Source of the DNA: Chiloscyllium plagiosum | Taxonomy: Eukaryota | DNA: 64,000 nucleotides | NCBI RefSeq assembly: GCF_004010195.1 | Contig: NC_057718.1 | Location: 86,020,683 to 86,084,682, forward strand | Direction of reading: 5' to 3' | In this document: in pieces, positions 39,327 through 50,979 of the stretch | Numbering within the stretch: position 1 is the first letter of the stretch | How the letters are laid out: each line of letters starts with the position of its first letter | Notes under the pieces: model-generated | Seen by the model: only the letters and a program-made list of their open reading frames with translations | Told to the model about the DNA's origin: nothing | Databases searched by the model: none | Position numbers and translations under genes: made by a program

Positions 39327-40279
39327 CTAACTTCCTGACAATTGTCCTTCTAACTCGTGGAGGCTGTGGTCTATCCAAAGGGATCTCTCTTTATTTGGTG
39401 GGTATGACGACAGTTGATCTCCTGGTCATTATTTCCAATGTGATAATCTACTACATGCTTTACTACTATTTCCCATTTTCATTTCTACACTTCACCTCAA
39501 TAAGGAGCATCAATGTGGTGATCAACTACACAGCTGTTGACTGCTCTGTTTGGCTCACGGTCGCTTTCACTGTCGATCGTTTTGTCCTCATTTGTTGCCA
39601 GAGATTGAGAGCAAAGTATTGCAGGGAGGAAACTGCAGCTGTGGTTATAGTGACTGTGTGTGTTGTGTTCTCACTCAAAAATATTCCCTTGTATTTTGCT
39701 GTTGGGCCAATCTATATAATTAACAATGTGGAATGGGGTGCTTATTTCAAGCCAGACTACTTTATCTTACCAGGATGGATCAGTTTTGACTGGCTTGACA
39801 CAATTTTAAACCCATTATTGCCATATTTTCTCATTTTATTGCTCAATGCACTAACTGTTCGACACATTGTGATAGCGAATCGAACCCGCAGAGCACTGCA
39901 AGGTCAACGCAACACCCAGAACAGCGACGATCCAGAGATGCAGAGCCGAAGGAAATCCATCACGTTACTGCTCACCATTTCTGGCACTTTCATCGTGCTG
40001 TGGATGCCATATACTATGTTTTTCCTGATTTCTAGATTTACAGATACATTTTATGAGCCAGATCATTATACTGATCCCTTAGTAATCGCAGACTACACGG
40101 GAGATATGTTTCAACTGCTGAGTTCCTGTACAAACACATGCGTTTATGCATTGGCTCAGTCTAAATTCAGAAAAAAATTGATAAATGCCGTTATATATCC
40201 ATTTCTTGCACTTAAGAACTGTGTCAATTTTTTAAAAAACATGCTGACTGGAAACAAAATTGCAAAGCTTTCATATTAA
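39327..40279 (+). CDS. GPR139/GPR142-like class A GPCR, coding exon 2 (TM1 C-half to C-terminus); spliced product about 340 aa
   Basis: Acceptor CTCTTTTCTCTGTAG|CT at 39326/39327. Open frame with TM1 AN, TM2 VDLL, TM3 SVWLTVAFTVDRF, TM4 NIP, TM5 PLLP..LLNAL, TM6 RKSITLL..FIVLWMP and TM7 NTCVY plus helix 8 SKFR; stop TAA at 40277-40279. Confidence 0.92.
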
Positions 40280-40529
40280 TCTACTGAGTACAACAATTCT
40301 GTCCTCATAGGTCTATACTAACTACAAGTCTTGACTCTGCATCGCAGGGTCATGTGATCAAGCACATGACTGAGGCTGACAGAATTCCACTTCAGATGAG
40401 CTGGTAACACTACACCAGTCCATGCTCCTCATTGGATGTAACATTTCCCACAGCCCTCCTTTGAGGACAAGCAGTGAAGTCATCCATGGTCTTCTGACTA
40501 ATATTTATCCTCTAACCAACATCACTGAA

Positions 40530-41190
40530 ACACAGAGCAACTGCACTCTGAACGACTCAACCAACCCAACCTTCCAGTTGCCATCCATTTATATTCCTCC
40601 TCCCATTCCCACTGGTGACATGTCCATCCTTGGCCTCCTCCACTGTCAGATTGAGGCCAAACGTGAACGGGAGGAACAACACCTGATATTTTACCTGGGG
40701 AGCTCCCAGTCCAATGGCTTCAATATTGACTTCACCAGCTTCACAGTCCCTCCATGCCCATGGCCTTATGCCATTTCCATTCCTCCCCCTCCTCCACACC
40801 TCCCTGACCTGACCTACTCACCTATCCACTCCACCTTTCCCACCGACCAATCACAATAACCCCCTACCTGCTTCCACCTATTACCATCACACTTTCACTT
40901 CCCACAGCCCCACCCCCTTCATATTTACATCTGCACCTCTCTCCTCCTCCCCAATCCTGGAGAAGTGTTTTTGGCAGGAAACATTGACTCTCCTGATGCT
41001 CGGATGCTGCCTGAATGCTCTGCTTTTCCAGCTTCACATTTATTGACTCTGGCTTCCAGTATCTGCAGTCCTTGAGGAGAAAGTGAGGTCTGCAGATGCT
41101 GGAGATCAGAGATGGAAATGTGTTGCTGGAAAAGCGCAGCAGGTCAGGCAGCATCTAGGGAACAGGAGAATCGACGTTTCGGGCATTAGC
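40530..41190 (+). mobile_element. Penelope 3' fragment (GIY-YIG end + terminus) joined tail-to-tail to an inverted family A piece (41073-41190)
   Basis: ORF 40422..40859 DMSILGLLHC..REREEQHLIFYLGS.Q.NGFNIDF; absent from the paralogous flank at about 53480-53500. Confidence 0.8.
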
Positions 41191-41255
41191 TCTCCAAGTC
41201 AGTGAATCTAGATTGTATGATGATGTCTCAGACTGTGTACAATTTAACTGCTACA

Positions 41256-42245
41256 TTACAACACTGGCTCAATTTTAAGGAACTTTGTGGATTGTGCAGG
41301 TTTCTTCAGGATGGGTGTCTCTCTGGCTGGGCCAGGATTTATTGCCAATCTCCAGTTGGTGTTGAGAAGGTGATGGTGAGCTGCTTTCTTTACCCACTGC
41401 AGTCCATGTGCTGTAGGATGGCCCACAATGCCATTACAGGGGGTTACCCAGGATTTTCTCCCAGCAACAGTGAAGGATACAGTTTCAAGATTGGATGATG
41501 GTATTTCCATGTATGTTCTGCCTTTGTCCTTCTCGATGGAAGTGGTTTTGTGTTTGGAAGGTGTTGTTTGAGGATGTTTGGTGAATCTGTCCACTTTGCC
41601 GGAAATACACAGAACAGATACTGAGTGTCGCTGGTGGAGGGAGTGGATGCTGATGGATGCGGTGTTAGTCACGTGGACTGCTTTGTCCTGAATGGCGTCA
41701 AGCTTCTTGAGTGTTGTTGGAGCTGTACCCATCCAGGCAACTGGGGAGGAGGTCATCACATTTCTGTTTTGTGTCTTACTGATAGTGAGCATGCTTTGGG
41801 GAGTCAGGAGGTGAGTTACTCGCTGCAATATTCCTAGCCTCTGACCTGCTCTTGTAGCCATTGTGTTTGCATGGCAATTCCAGTTGAGTTTCTGGTCAAT
41901 AGTAACTCCAATAATATTGATAGTGGACTTTCAGTAATGGTAACATAATTGAATGTCAAGTGGCCATGGTTAGATTGTCTCTTATTGGAGTTGGTCATTG
42001 CCTGCCATTTGCGTGGCTTGAATGTTACTTTCCACTTATCAGCCTCAGCCTAGTTTGAAGATGAACTGCTTCAGTATCTGATAAGTGGTGCTGAAAGTTG
42101 GGAAATCATTGGTGAACATCCCCTGACATCTTCTGACCATATGATGGAGGGAAGGTCATTGAAGAAGCAGCTGAAGATTTTTGGGTCAAGAAAATTACCA
42201 TGAGGAACTCCTCCAGAGACGTCCAGGAGATGAGCTGGCTGAGCT
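41256..42245 (-). mobile_element. Old CR1/L2-superfamily LINE
   Basis: ORFs 41256..41861 (AGQRLGILQRV..KLDAIQDKA) and 42071..42256 (SGGVPHG..FNDLP). Confidence 0.75.
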
Positions 42246-42351
42246 CCAACAACCACATCTGAAGTAACTCCACAGAGATGGGGATCCCATCGCCAGCTGT
42301 TTGGAAAAAAGGATTAGTGTTTTCTCCTCAGAGATCACCATTTTAAACATG

Positions 42352-42565
42352 ATTTGGTGATGCCGGTGTTGGACTGGGGTGTACAAAGATTAAAATCAGA
42401 CAATTTCAGGTCACAGTCCAACAGGTTTAATTGGAGGCACTAGCTTTCGGAGCGTCGCTCCTTTATCAGGTGTCACAACCACCTAATGAAGGAGCGGCAC
42501 TCCGAAAGCTTGTGCTTCCAATTAAAGCTATTGGACTATAAACTGGTGTTGTGTGATTTTTAACC
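42352..42565. mobile_element. Family B palindromic Penelope-type insertion with hammerhead motifs on both strands
   Basis: Arms about 42390-42472 and 42480-42565. Plus strand CAC-CTAATGA-A-GGAGC..CTCC-GAAA-GCTT-GTG; minus strand CAC-CTGATAA-A-GGAGC-GAC-GCTCC-GAAA-GCTA-GTG. Confidence 0.8.
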
Positions 42566-43859
42566 ATTTTAAACAAAGCTTAAATGATTTATTTTTCTCT
42601 CAGAAAGTCACGAATCACACCCACAAATAAACACTATCCTTTCCTGATGCTCATATCTACACAACTAATTCTTCATCTTCAGAGCTAAAGTCATTACTCA
42701 CTCCTGCCCCAATAACATCCTTAATTAATAAAGCTGTCCCACCACCTTTTCCCAGCATCCTGACCTTTTGAAAACTGCTCACTCTGAGGGAGCTGGCTCG
42801 TGTCAAGGACTCTCCATGTGTCAGCAAGAGTGACTTGGTGATGGGATACTGGGCTCTGTGGAGTTATTTCAGGTGCAGTAGGAAAATTAGCTCTCGACAG
42901 TTTGATCATTCATCCCTTTTTTGTATATTCTATTGATTTCTGTGGTGGATGAATATCATGTTGGATGTTTTAAGTGTTGCTCAGGATTATTTTGCGAGCT
43001 AACATTAAGCCTTTAGTGAAGGGAGAAATATCAAAGATGAGTCTTACGTCCCATGTTCCTGACCACAAGCGATCGTTATTCAGAGCTCTATCACCACATC
43101 TGTGGGAAAGCCTAGAGACCACCCCAAATCTGACCTTCACACGGAGCAAAGCTGCCCCATTAAACTCAGCTCAGATTGGAGGTCAATGACGCTCTGAGTT
43201 CCCCAGTGAAATACAACATTTTCATACCCTTCGCATTACAATAATTACATGTAACATTGATGTAATGGTTAGCCACTTCCCCCTAATCTGTACATCCAAA
43301 CCAGTAAATCAATTGATGGGCAACTCTCTGGACAGCCCATAATCTCATGACGTTCACCAGATCCCTCCAACATCTGTCTTTGGAATCTTACATTGCTTCT
43401 GACAGTTTTATTCCTTCCCAAACATTTGCCAACTACACCACATTATTTACCAATAACCTACATTGTTGCTTATCATGAAGAATATTTACAAATTCTGTGC
43501 TAACTTTAGCATGGCAGATTAGCAAAGATATTAATGTTCTACCGATTGTTATAAAGTCTTTAAAGCCACACGAATATGAAACATTCCTGGCACAGCTGGT
43601 CACAGGCCTCCCATCTGAAAAGCAACCCCTCACTTGTTTAAATGAAAGGTATAAACAGAAAAAAGCTAAGACCCCCTGACGCTGCCCCCATCAGACACTC
43701 CCAGAACAAGGACAGCACCAGGAAAACATAGAGCAAAGCCCACTGTGTTCTTTCACAACAGAAAATAAAGCTACCCAGGCTTTGCTGAAACAAATAAAAA
43801 GACTCAATAACTCTGGGGGAAAAGAAAAACAATTAAACAAAGAAAAGGTGTCTCTCTCG

Positions 43860-44740
43860 AAAGTCCATTCCCACCAAACTCTATTGGGCAGGGACCATGG
43901 GGGGCTAAAGTTAAAACAAAGTCAAGGAAAAGTCAAAGGAAACAAATAAACAAACAATTAAATAAATAAGTTGCCTCTGCTCTGTCTCCATTGAACACTC
44001 CAGATGAAGTTCCACTGCTCATTTCAACTAAAAATAAAACTCCCCTCACACCAGTCCCCATCAATCCATCTCAGACAGGGGCAGTAAGGGGCTAAAATAG
44101 AAGCCCCCTTTGCCCTTCCAGGGGATCCAAAACCAGGACAAAGGCCAGGCCCAGGTACAAAGCCATGAGAAGGCTGGGAGATTTGTCTGCCTCTCCCCAC
44201 ACCGGGTGTCTGTAGATCAGGAGTGCGGAGCTGAAGTGTAACCAGAATTTTAACAGCAGCCCCCTCAAAAAACTAAAAAGGGCTGGAGAGGAAGGCACTC
44301 GACAAGTCAGTGGAAGACCATCACCTCCAGGCCACAGGCTCTGCCCGTGGTCTGGCATCTGGTGAACCTGCTGAGTCTCCTGTTACATGGGACCACCACA
44401 AACAGCACTCTCCACCCCAGATACCTAGTGTAAGAGGGGAGGAGCCCTTTGTAGAGGGCCCTCCACTGGGGATCTCCACCACTGGAGGGTAAACCGTTAC
44501 AGAGGAGAAAGTGAGGTCTGCAGATACTGGAGATCAGAGCTGAAAATGTGTTGCTGGAAAAGCGCAGCAGGTCAGGCAGCATCCAGGGAACAGGAGAAAC
44601 GACGTTTCGGGCATAAGCCCTTCTTCAAACCGTTACACCTGGGTGGTGGGTGAAGGCACAGCAGTGGAGAATCTGCAGCATCACTCCGTACAAATAACAC
44701 CTCCGTACCATTAGAAAGGACACCGGGAGAATATTGCTGA
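43860..44740 (-). mobile_element. L1/Tx1-like LINE 3' portion
   Basis: ORFs 44092..44358 (LLLKFWLHFSSALLIY.HPV) and 44307..44582 (PQWRALYKG..LGWRVL) are related to 22800-23396. Confidence 0.65.
44502..44626 (-). mobile_element. Family A Penelope-derived short insertion with 11-bp target duplication
   Basis: AAACCGTTACA at 44491-44501 and 44627-44637 flanks GAAGAAGGGCTTATGCCCGAAACGTCG.. (reverse strand). Confidence 0.9.
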
Positions 44741-44745
44741 AATGG

Positions 44746-45398
44746 TGTAACAATGCTGCTCCTTTAACAAGGCTAAGTTGTCTTTTGTTTTTCCCAAAAC
44801 GGCTTGTAAAAGGCAGAGGTTCCAATTTGTCTGGCTTAGGCCACTTTGATTCTGGCAAACAGATTCTGCCTAAAGTAGCAATCAGTGAAAAGGGCCCCTT
44901 GGTTTTGTTTTAAACACCTGTACAATGAAAGGGGAGTGGCCAGTTCTCCCAGTTCATGAATTTTCTCTGTTTTGGTTTTACTTTTAGCTGGGGACCCCAA
45001 GAGGCTGCTGGGAAAATTAAGGTTCCATGTTTCAGCCAATGCTCCCTGGCTGGTCCTCTCTGAAATCTCTCTCTCCTGTCAGAACCTGGGTTTGAATGCA
45101 CCGTTTTACCGAGGGCCGTGTTTATGGGATGTTGCAGGAACAGCTCTTTGTTACATTGCGGGAGATGACGTGTCAGTTGGGTTCTCAAATAGTTGTCATT
45201 CTAAACTCTGTTTTCTTTTGCTTGTGTTTCATTCAGTCATCTGTAAATAAATTCTGTTTTGTTTAAAACTGGGTGGTTTGACCAGCTGCATCTCTCCTGG
45301 AATATCCACCTTACACCTGCTTCAAACAACTAGAAATGTTAATGTCTGGGCTACGTTCTTGAAAGGTTTTGGGGGGGGGTCTGGCCTGGTCGATAACA
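44746..45398 (+). mobile_element. Probable solo LTR (Gypsy type)
   Basis: TGTAACAATGCTG start and TGGTCGATAACA end; internal GTAAATAAA; similar to the reverse of 31970-32630 and 49650-49820. No matching target duplication seen. Confidence 0.6.
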
Positions 45399-45896
45399 CA
45401 ATTGATCAAATATTCCAGATAATCAAGAGGTCCCCAAAATCAATGTAAACACACCCTCAGTAATTGAAATGTAATGCAGAGGGTATACACATCTCGTTAC
45501 CATTTATTTACACCACAAACCACTTCAATAAAAATGCAACTTTGTCTGAAATAAAACTTACCAACAGAGAACCTTCTCACCCACACCTTCAACTAATGAC
45601 TCAGGCACCATGGCGGTCGCCATATTTGAGGAGAAATTAACATCGAAATTGAATTAACTGTAATATTTTGTGTGCCCATTTGATTGAACAGTTACGTTGA
45701 GGTAAACAAATTTAAAAAGTATAAAAATTGGACAGAATAACAGATAAGTTTTACAGTATTTGAGGTAGTTTTTGCCGGTTTATTGCGACAGACAGTTAAA
45801 ACAATGTTAAAACAATACTTGGAATTCACTGGTTAATACCAGATAAGTGGAAATCAGATTGGAACCGATCTGAATGTTGTTCCTCAAAAAGAAACT

Positions 45897-46005
45897 GCAG
45901 AGCTGTTGTGGTACAGTGGTAGTGTCCCTACCTCTGAACCAGGATGCCCAGGTTCAGGTCCTACTTTGCTCCAGAGGCTGTGCCATACCATCTGAGAACA
46001 GGTTG
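45897..46005 (+). mobile_element. tRNA-headed SINE fragment
   Basis: A-box-like TGGTACAGTGG and B-box-like GGTTCAGGTCC; no full cloverleaf. Confidence 0.5.
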
Positions 46006-46589
46006 TTTCGGAGAGAAACTGCAATGTCAGGGATTGGACATTAACAGGCAATAAGCTGGAAGCTGCTGCTTGATTCGGTGGGAAGTGCTGAGAGTTTGTA
46101 GCTGGTTCAACACTCGGAACAGATTTGACCCTCAAAGACTCTCTACAACATCATTATTTCCAAGCTCTGCAATTTTACAGAATTGGGCGAGTTCTAATCA
46201 GAGTGGAAATGGAGAATTTGATGATCATTGGAATGTGCTGGTGAGGAGGAGAGATTCTCCACAATCAGCTCGAGGGAGGCGGAGAGCCACAGAATGAACA
46301 TTCCGGGCTCTCAATCCTCATTAACTAGCTTTGTAATATTTATCCCGAGAGAGATTTTCCACTTCAGTTGGATGGCAGGCCCAACTCCAAGCTGTAGCCT
46401 GAAACTCCTGCACTATGTGAGAGACCTTCAGGATGTTTCTGAATCCAAGGGGCCCTGGGTTTACAGGAAAAGCCTCCAGCTGCTAGAGCCCACGTTGAAA
46501 GGCAGCTGGATTCATTCAGGGCAGGCAGAGAGGGAAGGTCATAACAGCAACTGGGTGTTCTCTCTAATAGGGGCAAAAGGATGGAACAC

Positions 46590-47930
46590 TCTGTGAATAT
46601 TGCTGTCTAATTGTTATCCCACTCCTGCCAATCGGAATATTCAAGCTCCATCTGTGATTCCTGTCTATTACTCAAGCCTCTGTCAATTCTGAACATCCCC
46701 CCAACTCCATTAGCATTTAACTTGTTTATTAATCTTTTGTGTGGCACGTTATTTAATGTCTTTTGGAAATCCATTATTTTCCATCTACTGGTTCCCTTTG
46801 ATCTCCACAATAAATCACTTCCTCAATAAATTTTGGTTGAAAGAACATTGAAAGGCAATATAAAATCAGGGGTAAATTCTAAAGGGGCAGCAGGAGCAGA
46901 GGGAGGTGGATNNNNNNNNNNNNNNNNNNNNNNNNNNNNNNNNNNNNNNNNNNNNNNNNNNNNNNNNNNNNNNNNNNNNNNNNNNNNNNNNNNNNNNNNN
47001 NNNNNNNNNNNNNNNNNNNNNNNNNNNNNNNNNNNNNNNNNNNNNNNNNNNNNNNNNNNNNNNNNNNNNNNNNNNNNNNNNNNNNNNNNNNNNNNNNNNN
47101 NNNNNNNNNNNNNNNNNNNNNNNNNNNNNNNNNNNNNNNNNNNNNNNNNNNNNNNNNNNNNNNNNNNNNNNNNNNNNNNNNNNNNNNNNNNNNNNNNNNN
47201 NNNNNNNNNNNNNNNNNNNNNNNNNNNNNNNNNNNNNNNNNNNNNNNNNNNNNNNNNNNNNNNNNNNNNNNNNNNNNNNNNNNNNNNNNNNNNNNNNNNN
47301 NNNNNNNNNNNNNNNNNNNNNNNNNNNNNNNNNNNNNNNNNNNNNNNNNNNNNNNNNNNNNNNNNNNNNNNNNNNNNNNNNNNNNNNNNNNNNNNNNNNN
47401 NNNNNNNNNNNAAAGCTAGTATCAAATACAGTGGGTAATAGGAAAGGCAAATGGAATTTTTCTAATATTCATTGTGGGATGTGGGTGTTGCTGGCTGGCC
47501 TTAATTTCAAAAGGAATTGAATATAAAAGGGAGGCTTTGCTAAAATTGTATGAGGCAATCGTTAGAACATAGCTGGAGTACTATAAACCGTTTAGGGCCC
47601 ATTTTTAAGGAAAGATATATTGGCATTGGAGCAGTCCAGAGAAGGTTCACCAGGTTGATATCAGGTATGGAGGGACTATCTTATGAGGACAAGTTGAGTA
47701 TGTTAAGCCTAAACTTATTGGAATATGGAATATGGAAGAACGAGAGTTGACCTCACTGAAACATACAAGGTTCTTAGAAGAGATATATACAGCACATTTA
47801 AGACAAGATGAGGAGGAATTTCCTCTGTTGAGGTTGGTACATTAAGAATATTCAAGGCCGAGATAGATATTCCCCCAGTAAGGGAATGAAGGATTATGGG
47901 GAAAATGACAGGAAAGTGGGATAGAACATG
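46590..47930. mobile_element. CR1 fragments either side of N-gap 46912-47411
   Basis: ORF 46607..46810 (MDFQKTLNNVPHKRL, -) and 47550..47750 (AVQRRFTRLISGMEGLSYE, +). Confidence 0.7.
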
Positions 47931-47934
47931 ATCA

Positions 47935-49820
47935 GTCCTCCACCTGTTCTTGTTTTTTTCTCAACCATTTGATCAAACAAAATTTCTGATAAATTGAACT
48001 TAACTTCCTTATCTCTATTCTTGGTTTCTCCTCTTGCTTCAATCGGTGGCCTTGTGATCTTGTTATCACACAGTCAGGAAAAATCCCAGGATATACTTCC
48101 TGTTATACCTCAGTTGCTTGATTTCCACTGGCTTTTCAACCACAGTAGGCTTCACTCCCCTGTGATCCAGCTATATCATTACTAACGATAAATTGGTTTA
48201 CTGGAACTGAGAGTTCCTCCAGTACTCCTTCCACCATTTAGCTCCATTTCACCAGACTCTCCAACCTCACTTTATATCATGGCACACTGCTCCTCTCCAT
48301 GAATTCCACATATTACCACTTTACCTCACAACACTTCTTCTGAACTACACACCTTCTCATCTCTCACCATCAAAGATTGACTTGTATCTCTCAAAATTTT
48401 AATTTCTTTCCCTGCTCCACTTGGCGTACACACACACACAGGCTGTACCCTCACAAGGCAATTCTTTAAAGCGATCTGTCACTTTCTTCTCAACCAATCC
48501 CTGACCAGGCTGTACATTATGGTGCAGCTTTTTACCTTCCACTGTGCTTTCCTTTTCCATTTCAAGGAACCTCCCGGGCTCATCCCAGTGCTTTTTCTAA
48601 CCCACCAACACTATGGCCTCATGTGGCCCATCTCATTGCAATGAAAACAGCTGACCTTTTTTACTTCTCTCTGCCCATTGCAGGTTCCCTGTTTACCCTG
48701 TAATAAACTATCTTTACTATCATCAATGGGATCTCCCTTTCCCTTACCGCTTGAGAATTTCACTTTTCCCCATTTCTATGCCTCACAGATTGAAATTATT
48801 GTCGGAAGCCAAATTTTGATTTATGAACCAACTCATAATCATTTGGCATTTCCATTGCTAATCTTGCTGTTTTAACTCTCTGCTTTTCCACATGAATTCT
48901 TCTTACTTCAGGAAGTGAAGTCTTGAATGCCCTGTAAGTAATTGTCTCTCTAAGAGAGTCATATATTTGATCTATTTTCAATCCCTTTATCAAAAATACT
49001 TTGTTTGATCCTTTCAAACTCAATATGCATTTGACCAGTTTCTCTCCTTAAATTCCTGAAATGCTGTCTGTAGGTTTCTGGTGCTTTTATGTTGGCCTTT
49101 ATCATGTCATTATACTCCCCAGACAACTCATCTGATAGTGATACAAATCCCTCATGAGCCCTATGTCCAAATGTATTTTTGGATCAACAATAACCACACG
49201 ATCGCAGACCATTTCATTTGTTTCACCACTTTCTCAAATGTAATGAGAAGGGTTCCTGTATCCTTCTCATCGAACTTAGGCAACATTTGGGCCTATTTAA
49301 ACAGATCCCCATAGGCATTTGGCTACAGTGGGATTACTCTCTATCACTATCTTCATCCCCAGTTCTATTTTTCATTTCTACCTTTGCAATTTTAAGTCGA
49401 CTCTAGCCTCTCAGTTCCAAGTTCAAAACCTCTCTCTGTTTCTCTTTCTTCTCTCAATTTGTCTTTTTCTTCTTTCTCTTTCTGCTTTTCCTCTGTTTTC
49501 ATTGTAATTCAAACTGTTTTATTTCCATTTCACTTCCTCTTTGTTCAGCCAGGACTATTCTTTCCTTTCCTTTGCCATTGCCTCGACTTTAAGCTGCTTC
49601 ATGTACAATTGTATTTTAGACATTTCCCAAGATTCCAAATAGCATGATCCTCATTCTGTGGGAGTTTGACCACACCCATCCAGGCTGCTTCTATTGTTCC
49701 AAATTTAAACAAAAACACCCATGTCCTCACACGTTGTCTACTCTAGTGGTTCTGGTAGCCTGCTCAGAATCTCTGCCTTAAAACTGCTCTTCAAAAAAAA
49801 ACAGTATAAAATAACCTCTT
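47935..49820 (-). mobile_element. Gypsy (Gmr1-like family) gag-protease relic plus LTR part
   Basis: Collinear with 29920-31630; CFHCNEMGHM knuckle at about 48620-48650; ORF 48796..49023 (YDSLRE..FKTSLPEVR.HVE). Confidence 0.75.
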
Positions 49821-49859
49821 AAGGTCACAGTATCAGCACAGTTCACTTTTCACTGCCCA

Positions 49860-50960
49860 GTTCTCTTTCAAATATTTCCTGTGTATTGGTGGGAATGGTT
49901 GGTTAAACCCTGGACTCGCTTACACGTCAACTGTGCAGGTCCTTTCATGGGGTCAATGTTCTTAGTCATTATGAACATTGACTCAAAGTGGTTGGATGTG
50001 CATCGAGTTCATTCCTCAAACACACAGCTGCCAATTGAATAATGGTGCAAATTTGTTTGCAATACACTAAGTTCCGGAAGTGTTTGTCACAGATAATGGG
50101 CCATCGTTTCCCAGCAGGGAATCTGACAATTTCCTCAAATCAAATAGTCTTTAATAGATCAGGACAGTTCCATACAATGCACCATCCAATGGTCTGGCAG
50201 AAAGCACAGTCCAAACTGTGAAGGCAGGCTGAAAGAAACAGTCTACAGCCTCACTTGAGACCAAACTGTCGCAGTTCCTGTTTGATTATGGGACCACTCC
50301 TCATGCAATGACAGGGATGGCTCCAGCAGAATTACTGTTGGGGAGAGGACTCTGTATCAGGTTAAATCTAATCTTCCTGGACCCTGGGGGGATGAGTGAA
50401 ACCGCATCAAGAATGCGATTGTTGGACACAAGACCCTGATAAGTGAGACAGGATACTTCAGGGGTTTGGTGTAGGAACCATGGGAATGGCCCTGCATGGG
50501 TAAGAGGCATTGTCAGCGTGAGGTCAGGGTACAGTGATGTACAAAGTTCAGGGAGGTACAAAGTTCAGGGAAGTGGACAGTCCTGAATAACACGTGAACC
50601 GTATGAAAATTGCAAACTCACAAACTCTGCGGGAGCGAAACATGCTGACCCCTCGACAGCCTTTCTGAATGTTCCGGAACCCGTGGGTTCTCCCTCTCCA
50701 TCAAGGGTTGAAGGTTCCTCCGAATCTGAGATGCCGGATGTTGTTGCCTCAATGCCTTTGGCGTCTGAAAAGGAGAATGAATTTCTTCTGAAATCCTCTG
50801 GGAGCAAGAGGGGGCCACTGTGCATTACACGCTGCCTGTATCAGAGACGGAACTGGAGGAACCTGACCCAGTGCTAAAGTGCCCAGGAGGAGCTAGAAAA
50901 CAAAGATCCTGCCTCTGTCCTTGGAATCAGAGGGGTGGGAATGTCGTGATTGTAAGGAGG
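49860..50960 (+). mobile_element. Gypsy integrase relic (different family) ending in PPT/LTR start
   Basis: KPWTRLHV..AGPFMG..SKWLDV; PEVFVTDNGPSF; PYNAPSNGLAESTVQTVK; AGAGGGGTGGGA then ATGT at about 50929-50944. Confidence 0.75.
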
Positions 50961-50979
50961 TCAGCAGGTGGACCTCATA

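Noticed and set aside
39395..40279. Single-exon 294-aa GPCR as called by the ORF track
   Set aside because: Starts at a TTG inside TM2 and lacks TM1. The frame extends to a splice acceptor at 39326 and is completed by exon 1.
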